A DNA stretch of 63,319 bases, filler included, from Reclinomonas americana ATCC 50394 (lineage: Eukaryota): assembly GCA_048213135.1 (NCBI GenBank). It is 3 parts of 2 records of this genome, joined end to end, with 100 filler letters (N's around TTAATTAATTAA, not from the genome) between each part and the next. Parts side by side here need not be neighbours in the genome. Positions count along the whole stretch, not along the records: positions 31,837 to 61,517 come from PS015197.1; positions 61,618 to 63,319 come from PS015204.1; 1 more part is not named here. One strand, given 5' to 3'. Numbering within the stretch: position 1 is the first letter of the stretch; the number at the start of each line of letters is the position of its first letter. Below the pieces are notes generated by a model. The model made no database searches. It saw only the letters and a program-made list of their open reading frames with translations, and was not told the DNA's origin. The position numbers were made by a program, and so were the translations under genes. Shown here in pieces: positions 53,301 to 63,319 of this stretch.

Positions 53301-53740
53301 CGTATCGATGTAAGCCTACTCACAATGCTTCTTCTCGCGATCGGGTGGCAGGAATCGACAAAGTCGTTGAGGGGAGGTCCTCCAAGTTCTCTTCTGCCAT
53401 TTGTCACACAGGCCATGCATCTGCTCCATAACTGTCCTGGTCTGCTGGCTACACTGATTCGTGACAGGTGCCTTTCGACAGCGGAGATTGAGCGTGCTGG
53501 TGTGTGCTCCAAATGCACCAGTCTGGGAGCTTCTGTTGTTGTTTGCATTGCGTGCCACAATTAGCACTGACTCGCATGATGCAGTGCATGGTGACGAGAA
53601 GCCGCTGAAGATGGAGCTGGTGAAGAAAGAGGAGGAGGAGGAGGAGGAGGAGGAGGAGGAGGAGGAGGAGGAGGAGGAGGAGGAGGAGGAGGAGGAGGAG
53701 GAGGAGGAGGAGGAGGAGGAGGAGGACGGAGGAGGAGGAC
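47353..53740 (+). CDS. Unknown five-repeat protein family, copy D (stop codon in gap)
   Basis: Same N-terminus. Repeats start near 48302, 49479, 50583, 51640 and 52713. Ends in a long (GAG)n poly-Glu run. Confidence 0.85.
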
Positions 53741-54480
53741 NNNNNNNNNNNNNNNNNNNNTGTGTATGTGTGCGTGCGCGCGTGCGTGCGTGCGTGTGTG
53801 TGTGTGTGTGTTCGTGCAAGACAAACTGAGGAGCAGTGACTCCTCCGCCGACTGCAAGTCTTTCTCTCTCTCTAAGAGGTTCCACTGTGCTAACAGCACA
53901 TGGGTGTTATTTGTGACATCGATGAAGCTTGTCGAAGAAGGAGAAGAAGAGAGCAGAAACCGAGTGCACCAAAAAAGACAAATTGAGCAGCTGCCTGTGT
54001 TAAGACGGATGTACTTTGCATGTGATATTTCTCTTCATGCAGCTGACTGTAGTGGTGTTGCCGCAGGAGGAACAGCAAGACGAATGAATAAGATCGGAAC
54101 CGGGTCAATCATGTCACTGGCGAGGCGAATGAATGTTGTTGTGCGTGTTGCCGCCCGGAGGCATCCTTGTAAACTGAAGAAAGAGACTAACGGGAAAGCA
54201 CGGCGTCTGCTGCCATTGTCAGATGTGGAGAGCGAAAGAGGTGACAAAAAGAGGAGGCTAAAGCGAAACACCGATTACCAGTCCACCTGTCAGGAGAGAA
54301 AGAGAATGCCCAACGTTCACTGCCCTATCCTCTCCCTCTCCCATCTCTCTCTCCCTTTCGCCCTTCTCTCCCTTCGCCCTTCTATCTCTTCTCCCTCTCC
54401 CCTCATCTCCCTTTTCCCCTCACCCATTCCCCTTTTCCATCACCATCATCACTTCACTTTACCCTTTTCCCCTCCTCCCC

Positions 54481-56198
54481 CTACCACGTGTCCAACTCCG
54501 CCAACACCTCCGGCACCCTACCCATCGGCACCACCATCACTAGCCGGTACGGCGCCGCCAACCTCGTCAACTGCGGCTGCGCCGACGAGTGCGCCTGCCG
54601 AATGGGGAACGACAGCGTAAAGTCGGCGCACCGTCGGTACGCCGCGTCCTCCAGTTTCGGATACACGCGCTCCTCCTCGTCGGCCAGCGAGCGGTGCTGA
54701 ATCACCGGCGCGGCAGAAGCAGAAGAAGAAGAACCACCACCTGCCTTCCTCCTCCCTCCCCGTCCCCCACCAAACTTGCGCGCCGCCACCGTCGCCTTTC
54801 GCTTCTCCTGGAATCGGCGATTCTTTTGNNNNNNNNNNNNNNNNNNNNNNNNNNNNNNNNNNNNNNNNNNNNNNNNNNNNNNNNNNNNNNNNNNNNNNNN
54901 NNNNNNNNNNNNNNNNNNNNNNNNNNNNNNNNNNNNNNNNNNNNNNNNNNNNNNNNNNNNNNNNNNNNNNNNNNNNNNNNNNNNNNNNNNNNNNNNNNNN
55001 NNNNNNNNNNNNNNNNNNNNNNNNNNNNNNNNNNNNNNNNNNNNNNNNNNNNNNNNNNNNNNNNNNNGGAAGGCGGGGGTGAACGGGGAAGGGGGGGGGG
55101 AGGGATGATTGAACTGTGGCTCTTTCTTTTGCCCTTGTGATCACTTACTGCTCCCTTCTCTCTCTTCACAAGCAGACGCTCTCTCTCTCTCTCTCTCTCT
55201 CTCGAACAATCACTCCTTCATGCATTGCGCGTCTTCCTTCTTCATTGCTCTCTCCCTGCTCTCTCCTCGCTGTCTCTCCCGCTCCCTCTCTCTTCTGTGT
55301 TGTGAGTGTGTATGTGTGACTGGAAGAGTGGAAGTGTTGCGGAATATCAGCGTTTTGTGTGCGTGAGAGAGAGAGAGAGAGAGAGAGAGAGAACTGTGCA
55401 CACTCACTCGCCTTCTCTCTCTCTTCTCTCTGCCTCTTCCGCTCCCTCTCTCTCCTCTCTCTATGCGAGTGTGCATGGCGAGGAGAGCTTGACTGGAAGA
55501 GTGGAAGCGTGTGGACGTGTGCGGAATATCAGAGCGTTTTTGTGTGTGAGAGAGAGAGAGGGAAGACACAGAGAGAGAGAGAGAAAGAAGAGAGACGTGT
55601 CGTACGTACCTACACGTCCCGTCGTTCGGCGTAGTCGACCTAACTAAGCGACCAACGTGGTTACGGTAGGNNNNNNNNNNNNNNNNNNNNNNNNNNNNNN
55701 NNNNNNNNNNNNNNNNNNNNNNNNNNNNNNNNNNNNNNNNNNNNNNNNNNNNNNNNNNNNNNNNNNNNNNNNNNNNNNNNNNNNNNNNNNNNNNNNNNNN
55801 NNNNNNNNNNNNNNNNNNNNNNNNNNNNNNNNNNNNNNNNNNNNNNNNNNNNNNNNNNNNNNNNNNNNNNNNNNNNNNNNNNNNNNNNNNNNNNNNNNNN
55901 NNNNNNNNNNNNNNNNNNNNNNNNNNNNNNNNNNNNNNNNNNNNNNNNNNNNNNNNNNNNNNNNNNNNNNNNNNNNNNNNNNNNNNGTGAGAGTGTACGT
56001 ACGTAGAGGTAGTAGTAGTGCGTGTACGTGTGCGAGTAGTATAGTAGCGTTGTTGTGTAGAGAGAGAGAGAGGAAGAACAGAGAGAGAGAGAGAAGAAGA
56101 GAGAGAGAGAGCAGAGAGAAGAGAGAGAGAGAGAGAACTGTGCACACTCACTCGCCTTCTCTCTTCTGTCTTCTCTCTGTCTTCCCGCTCCCTCTCTC

Positions 56199-56235
<37 letters not shown>

Positions 56236-57002
56236 ATGCGAGTGTGCATGGCGAGGAGAATTTGACTGGAAGAGTGGAAGTGCTGTGATGTATCAGTGCG
56301 TCTTGTGTGCGTGAGAGGAGAGAGAGAGAGAGAGAGAGAGAGAAAAGAGAGAGAGAAGAGAAGAGAAGAGAGAGAGAACTGCGCACGCTCACTCGCCTTC
56401 TCTCTCATACACATGCATGCACACAAAATGCACACACATCGCCACACTTCCATTCTCCCTCCCTCTCACTCACTCTCCTCTTCACACACACTCTGCACAC
56501 GCACTCGCCTCCTCCCTTCTCTCTCTCACACACACACGCATTCACGCCTACACACACAAACACACATGCACACAAAATGCACTGATATTCCGCACACACA
56601 ACACTTCCACTCTCACACACTCACACTCTCCTCTCCATACACACTCCGCACACACACACTCGCCTCACTCTCTCTCCCCTTTTCTCTCTCTCCTCCACAC
56701 GTCGTTGATGTGAATGTGCACATGGCCACCACTTTTAGCTCCCACCCTCACGCAACAGACTCAATAGCATCCAACTGCCCTTCATCTCCTTCGCCATCTA
56801 CTTCATCTCCGTCCATCTCATCTCCTTCGCCTTCGTCATCGTCACTGGGCGGTCTCATCAGCTCTTGCTCAGTCTCTTCTTCTTCGTCATCGCTGTCGTC
56901 GTCATCGTCCTCGCTGCTGGTGTCTGAGGGGAGTGCCTCTACTGCGCCCTCTTCGCCTTCCACGGCGCCAGTGCCGGCTGCGCGTCTGCGCTTTCTGCCC
57001 AT
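54481..57002 (-). CDS. BCCIP: BCP1/BCCIP family protein (middle exons in gaps)
   Basis: Basic then acidic N-terminus MGRKRRR..DDDDDSDDEEEE. The C-terminus VYPKLEDAAY..FTLSFPI..PYRLVMVVPMGRVPEVLAEL resembles the BCP1 C-terminus. Joining the two parts is inferred. Confidence 0.7.
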
Positions 57003-57240
57003 TTTTGGTGGATTTTAGGTGAAATCCGGCGAATGACGACAGCATTGACAAGTTCGGTGCGATGGTGGACGGATACACTGTCTCTATTCTGCTAGGTCGT
57101 TGTCGGCAACGGATTTGTGGGCATTGGAATGGTGAATGAACTGTTGTTGTTGTTGTTACACACGGGTTATTAAGCGGACGCCAGTCGTCCCCTGGTCCTC
57201 CCAGTTTCTCCTCCTTCGTTCACTGTACCACGCCGAGAAG

Positions 57241-57547
57241 ATGTCGTCTCAGTTCAACGTTCCCGCTCTGGTGCGTTGCTCAAGTGGCTTGCCGTAGAGC
57301 ACGTTGCAGTTTGGCAGTCAAGGCAACATGAATTAGACAGTCAGGCGACTCCTCGCAAGCAATTCACGTCACTCGCCCTCTCTCTCTCTCCCTTCTCCCT
57401 CTCTCTTTCGCTCTCTCTCTCTCTCTCTCTGTGTCTCACACACACTCACATGCATGCTCCCTCCGGCACACCCGCACTCCTGTACAGAGTAGCATCGGAG
57501 ACACTTGTTCGTGTTCGCATTCTGCGTGTGATTGTGTCTTTGCACAG

Positions 57548-57612
<65 letters not shown>

Positions 57613-57827
57613 AGAGAGAAGAGAGTAGAGTAGTACGTACGACCGAACGACGAACGACGAGTAGTACGTACGTACCGTTACCGTACCCGTTACTTTACTT
57701 TTTCCGTTTCCNNNNNNNNNNNNNNNNNNNNTACCGTACGTACGTAACGACGTACGTAGACGTACGTACGTACGTACGTTACGTTCGTTCGTTCGTCGTA
57801 CGTCGTCGTGTGTGTGTGTGTCGTTGT

Positions 57828-57880
<53 letters not shown>

Positions 57881-59173
57881 GAGAGAGCGAGAAAGAGAAG
57901 AGAGACTGAATGATTGCCCAAGCAAGACGATGATCACGTTGACCCCTCATTTTTCTTTCCGTTGCATTCTCCCAAACACTCTCCTTCTCACGCACACACT
58001 CAGAGTAAACAACAAGTGGGGTGAGGCCGATCAAATAGTGGTGCGCACGATCTGTTACTTGCGCTTGTGACCTTCGCCACCATCACCCCCGTTTTCATGC
58101 CTCCTCACTCCCTCCGTCTTCGCCTCCCGCAGATCGACCCCGACGGCTACAGCGGTACGTTCCACCTTCCACTCTCCATCACCCTTCAACCCCTTCTCAT
58201 CCTCCTCCTCCGCTCACACAGTCGTCGGCTCGCTGATCCCCGACTCGGACTACGCCATCAAGACCTTGGGCGCCAACAGCGGTCTCACTCAGGGCGTTGC
58301 GTCTCTCTCCCTCTCCCTCCCCTCACGCACTCTCCCGCTCTCTCACTCATTCCTCTCTTTTCTCTTCTCTCAACCATATCTTTCTGCTCTCTGTCTCCCG
58401 TCCTTGTTCTTTCTTTGACTCCCTTTCCTTCTCGCTCTCTCACGCGCTCTTCTCTCTCTCTCTCTCATTCTTTCTTTTTGATTGTTGCAGTTCCTCATGT
58501 TTCTCACCATTATCTCTTCCCTTCCGTGGCCTTGTTGGTCGTTCTTTATTTTCTCTCTCCTCTCTCTTTCTCTCTCTGTCTTCTTTTCTGTCCTCGCTTT
58601 CTTCCCTTCCTCTTTCTGCACTTCTCATCGAATGTATGCTGCTGGTTGTTGTTGTGTTGTGCGCATCGCTACATGTCGGGCGTGCGATTTTGTGAGAGAG
58701 TGAGAGAGATAGAGAGAATGGCTGTGCTGTCTGCTACGCTATCTGTTTGTTGTTGTGTTGTGCACACTCGGTGTGCGAGTGAGTCGCTGCATGTCGGGCG
58801 TGCGATTAGTGAGACAGTAAGAGAGATAACGAGAATGGCTGTGCTGTCTGCTATGCTTTCTGTTTGTTGTTGTGTTGTGCGTATTCGGTGTGCGAGTGAC
58901 TCGCTGCATGTCGCGCGTGCGGTTTTGTGAGCGGGTGCTCTGGGTGTGTCTCTCGCCCTCTTCCTCAATGTTACTCCGTACTCCTCTCCGCCTTCTGTAT
59001 TTCCCCTCCCTCTCCATTCCCGCACTCTCCTTTTCCACTCAATCCTTTCTTTCCTTCCTCCCCCTCACCCCCACTTTCCCCTCGCCCCGCAGACCCTCTC
59101 CACCTTCCAGGCCGGCTCTCAGGAGCTCGTCAACGACGAGACCTACGCCAACAGCCTCCTCGGCTCGTACTAA
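57241..59173 (+). CDS. Unknown 68-aa microprotein, copy 1 (exons 57241-57270, 58133-58154, 58222-58295, 59093-59173)
   Basis: Four GT-AG exons in consistent phase, conserved in the paralog while the introns are not: MSSQFNVPALIDPDGYSVVGSLIPDSDYAIKTLGANSGLTQGTLSTFQAGSQELVNDETYANSLLGSY. Confidence 0.8.
58645..58932. repeat. Intronic tandem repeat, ~120 bp unit, about 2.5 copies
   Basis: Repeated GTTGTTGTGTTGTGC..CATGTCGGGCGTGCGATT..GAGAATGGCTGTGCTGTCTGCTA. Confidence 0.85.
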
Positions 59174-59870
59174 CTCGCACCTCCCCGTGCCTCTCCCCCC
59201 ATTCCCCCTTGTGCTGAATGAATCGACAGCACGAACTGTGACCAGGCGCATGTGGAGATGTTCGATAGCGTACGCTGAAGTCCTTTTTGATCCGCGGTAC
59301 GTCTTTGGCATCTCGGTGACGCTTGTGGCACTGTGTGCACTGTCGAAGAGCTGGATTGATAGAGCAGCAGAAGTGTGCAAGTCTTCTTCGTCGTCGCTGA
59401 GTGCACAGCAGCACCTCGTTACGTCGGAGACACCCCACTGCCGATGTATCTGTAGCAGACAGACAAAACACTTCATTCACATAACAACAACAATTCATTC
59501 ACCAACAAACAAGCAACAGCTGTCTTGATTCCAATAACGCGACAAACGCCCACAAATCCCTTGCCGACAATGACCAACGATTTTCTTCTCCAAACCGTCA
59601 TCTTCCCTTTCAGGAGGCAAAGCCAAGCAATCGCGTGCTGGCTGGTGTGGCCATGGTCCAGGACTTCATTATCATGGCGCAAAATGTTTGACCTCTTCTT
59701 GTGTTCGTCTTGCATTTTACAAAGACGTCGTCGCCATTGATCTTTTCGACTCTCTTTTCTGCTGTATCTAGGACGTCAGGCTCTGCAATCACTTGCAGAC
59801 GGCACTCCACTCAACGTCGCCAGTGTCCCATCAATACACACTTCTTTCCCCTCTTTCGTTCCCCGAGAAC

Positions 59871-60021
59871 ATGTCGTCCCAGTTGAACGTTCCTGCTCTG
59901 GTGCGTTGAGGAATGGGAGGGGGGTTATGTGTGTATGAGAGAGAGAGAGCGCGCGCGGGAATGTGCGAGTGGTGAGAGCGGACGCGGGTAATCTATGGAA
60001 ATGCGCACGCACAGTGAATGA

Positions 60022-60063
<42 letters not shown>

Positions 60064-61320
60064 TGGTGGGACGTGCGCGTCTCTGTGCGCCTGCTGGGGT
60101 ATTCACATTTAGAGAGAGACAATGCAAGAGGGGAGCGGGTAAGAGATGCGCTTCTGCTGTGTGTGCTGTGCGTGTGTGCGTGTTTGCGTGCATGAGAGAG
60201 AGAGAGAGAGAATGTGGTTTGAGACGACGACATACGAATCTCACACTCGCTCTCTGTCATCATCTGTTTGACTGCACTCTCCCTCTCTCCTCTCACACAC
60301 ACTCTCTTTCAGTTTTCTTTGTGATGATCATGGCCTGTCTCCCGTCATTCAGCCGCTCACCCACGAATCCATCTGTCTTCCTTTCCAACGCAGTCTTGCC
60401 TTTCTCTCGCAGTCTTGCCTTTCTCTTTTCTCCCCTCTTCCTCCCTCCCCTCCCCTTTTCATCTCTCCTGTGCTCTCTCGCTCCCTGTCTCTCTCAAACT
60501 CATCCTCCTTTCACTCACCTTCCCCCCTCTAATCTCCTTCTCCACTGCTTCTCTCTCTGTTTCTATCTGCCTCTCTCTCTCTCTCTCTCTCTCTACAATC
60601 CAGCTGCCCTCTCACTTCCTTCTTCTCTATGTTCTCCCCTCCTCTCTTTCATCTCTTGCACTCTTGCTTGTCTGCTCACCCTCCCCTTGTCCTCTCCGCA
60701 GATCGACCCTGATGGCTACAACGGTACTCTTACCCCATCCCTGTTCATCCCCAATCCTTCTCACCTCTTCGCCCTTCTCCATGCAGTCGTCAGCTCGCTG
60801 ATCCCCGTGTCGGACTACGCCATCAAGACCCTGGGCCCCAACAGTGGCCTCACCACGAGCGTTGCGTGCGCACCCCAACCGTCGTACTCTGGTCTCTCTC
60901 GCTCTCGTCTTTCTCTTCTTCCCCTCCTCCTCCTCCTCCTCTCCTGCTCCTCCTCCTGTCCTTCTCTTCCTTCTTCTTCTTCGTCTTCTCTTCTTCTTCT
61001 TTCTTTCTTCTTCTTCTTCTTCTTCTCCTGCCTCTTCTGTTTCTTCTCATTCTTGTTCTTGTTCTTGTTCTTCTTCTTGTTCTCCTTCTTCGTCTTCCTC
61101 TTTCTCGTTTGCTCCTTCTTCTCATCCCTTCTTCTTCTTCTTCCTCTGCATCTCTCCTTTTCTTCTTCTTCGTCTTCTTCTCCTCCTCCTCCTCCCCCTC
61201 CCCCTCCTCCTTTACTTTTGCTCACCACCACCACCGCAGGCGCTCTCCACCTTCCAGGCTGGCTCGCAGGACGTCGTCGACGACTACAACGTCACCAACA
61301 GCCTGCTCGGCTCGTACTAA
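59871..61320 (+). CDS. Unknown 68-aa microprotein, copy 2 (exons 59871-59900, 60702-60723, 60787-60860, 61240-61320)
   Basis: MSSQLNVPALIDPDGYNVVSSLIPVSDYAIKTLGPNSGLTTSALSTFQAGSQDVVDDYNVTNSLLGSY. Exon sizes are identical to copy 1. Confidence 0.8.
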
Positions 61321-61404
61321 TTCGATGCGCCCCCGTCGCATCACTTCGCCCCCCCTTCATGCCAGTCGTACCAATGAACACTGGCAGCGATCTTGAAATC
61401 GGAA

Positions 61405-61453
<49 letters not shown>

Positions 61454-61474
61454 GAGACAGAGAGAGAGAGAGAC

Positions 61475-61517
<43 letters not shown>

Positions 61518-61561
61518 NNNNNNNNNNNNNNNNNNNNNNNNNNNNNNNNNNNNNNNNNNNN

Positions 61562-61573
61562 TTAATTAATTAA
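61562..61573. other. Artificial scaffold-joining spacer
   Basis: TTAATTAATTAA within N runs. Confidence 0.9.
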
Positions 61574-61700
61574 NNNNNNNNNNNNNNNNNNNNNNNNNNN
61601 NNNNNNNNNNNNNNNNNGCCCCGTTCCACGGTAACGAGGCGACAAACAAGACGAACACATACGTCACTCACTTCTTATCCACTCCACCAACGCTGAGTGC

Positions 61701-61754
<54 letters not shown>

Positions 61755-62013
61755 GCACATTCTCGCAGCCGTGCACTGAAATCTGAGCGGTCACTTGTAT
61801 ACTCTGCTCCGTACGCGGTAACGAGACAACAAACGAGCACACACACACACACACGCACACACACACACACACACATTAACACAATCTTTCTATCTCCACT
61901 TCCCTTCCGTTCCCCTCCTCCTTCTCCCTCCTCCCTCCTCTTCCTTCCCCTTCTCCCCCACCCTTTCCCACCCACCCCTTCCCCTTCTCCTCTTCCCCAC
62001 CTTGGCATGCACA

Positions 62014-62720
62014 TAATCAGTCTCTTCCCGCCGCGCCGCAGCATCACCGGTCTCCGCATCTGCCGACGCCGACCCCGGCCCCCGCGTAATCATGATCCCG
62101 GCGGGCGCATCGCTCGCCATTGACGACGGCGACGCCATGGGCCGTTCAATGACCGCGCGCACTGCGAGTGAGAGATGAGCTCACTCCCACCCTCCCTCTC
62201 TCCTTCTCCACACAGGTGCGCCACCAAACCATCGGGAATACTCGGCAGCGTACGCCCACCGGTCTTGGTGATGCCTTCGCGCTTCAGCAGACCCGGTCGG
62301 TCCACCACGAATGAGATGACCGGATTCTAGAGAGGTTGGTGAGCACCCAGTTAAGAATGGAGCATGCGTCGACAAGAGACGCAACAAGAGACAATGTAGA
62401 GTGCGTGTTGTCTGCGCATGAGGCGAAAGAGTGAGCAACTTGAAAGGCAAGCAACGCACAACTTCCAATCAAACAACGCACGTCGGTGTTCCATCGTGTC
62501 CAAGTTGAGGCGCTGCTGCATGAGCTTGTTGTAGTCGTTCATCATTTGCAGCAGCTGGCCGTACTGCACGGTGCCGACAATGCTGAAATCCGCATCCACA
62601 ACCGGATACACCGACATGCGGCTCTTGGCCAGCACCTCGGAGATGTCCAGCAATGTCGTCTCCGAGTACACGACGACGAGCTCCGTGCGCATCACGTCGC
62701 CGGCGGACAGGCTCAGATTC
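62014..62720 (-). CDS. CBS-domain protein fragment (possibly a CLC channel C-terminus)
   Basis: LSAGDVMRTELVVV..TLLDISEVL..VYPVVDADFSIVGTVQYGQLL is a typical CBS motif. The downstream exons are low complexity. The CLC assignment is a guess. Confidence 0.65.
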
Positions 62721-63319
62721 CTGCATGCCGTGAGGGGTGAGAAAGACGTGCCAGGCGTGGTTCTTTCCATGACATGCACACATATGTTGCGAATGTGTGT
62801 TCTTCCTTCTTCTTCTTCCACAAAGCGCTTCTAACTTCACTCTCTTGCTCTTGAGCAGCGTTCGTCTCTTCCCACGCGCCGGGCCCCTGTTCTCTTTCTC
62901 TCCTCTTGCTCTGCTATTCTCCACCAGCGTGCGCCGTGGCTTCTACGTCTGTCACCTGTGTGATTCCAAAAGCAGCGAGCGTGCATCTTCATCTCTCTTC
63001 TTGTGCCTGTTGTACTTGCGGCGCTGCGCACACTGAGCTTACGTGGCTGTCAGGTGTGCAGAACATGCACTCGCAGTCGCTCGCTGAGGTTTCATACCAA
63101 AAAAATGCTGCATGCAGGTCACCAACACGGCGATCAACACCCTCTGCAAGAAGTGTCCGTGCTTGACGCGTCTGTACCTCCCCGAGCTCTGCGTACTCTC
63201 TCTCTCTCTCTCTCTCTCTCTCCACTGTGTTATGCATGAGGACGGAGAGTGCAGCATTAATCTCACCCTCCTCCTCCTTCCTCATCTTCTTCTCCATTTG
63301 TGCGTACTCTCTCTCTCTC

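Overview
This is intron-rich eukaryotic DNA, probably from a protist (organism not identifiable from sequence). It is full of (GA)n/(CA)n microsatellites and assembly gaps. Two TTAATTAATTAA spacers (31781, 61562) show at least three concatenated scaffolds. Recognisable genes are two tandem ankyrin/coiled-coil/IRAK-Pelle-type kinases, a PPPDE/LRAT-clan peptidase with an in-frame TAG, POP1, a secreted C45 peptidase, FIP1, AP-1 sigma, BCP1/BCCIP and a CBS-domain fragment. The main result is a gene family I cannot assign, present in four copies (A-D). A and D carry five intron-delimited repeats of a ~185-aa domain, and the partial B and C carry four visible ones. The scaffold of the domain is conserved, but one 9-residue segment is hypervariable at positions 1/4/5/8/9, which fall on one face of a helix, around an invariant Arg. 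This resembles a modular recognition code. Other findings are a 15-microexon symmetric array in one kinase, a duplicated 68-aa orphan microprotein, an apparent inversion of the POP1 segment, a recurrent GTTGCG-type donor class and GC-AG introns. All exon models are manual inferences without transcript data.
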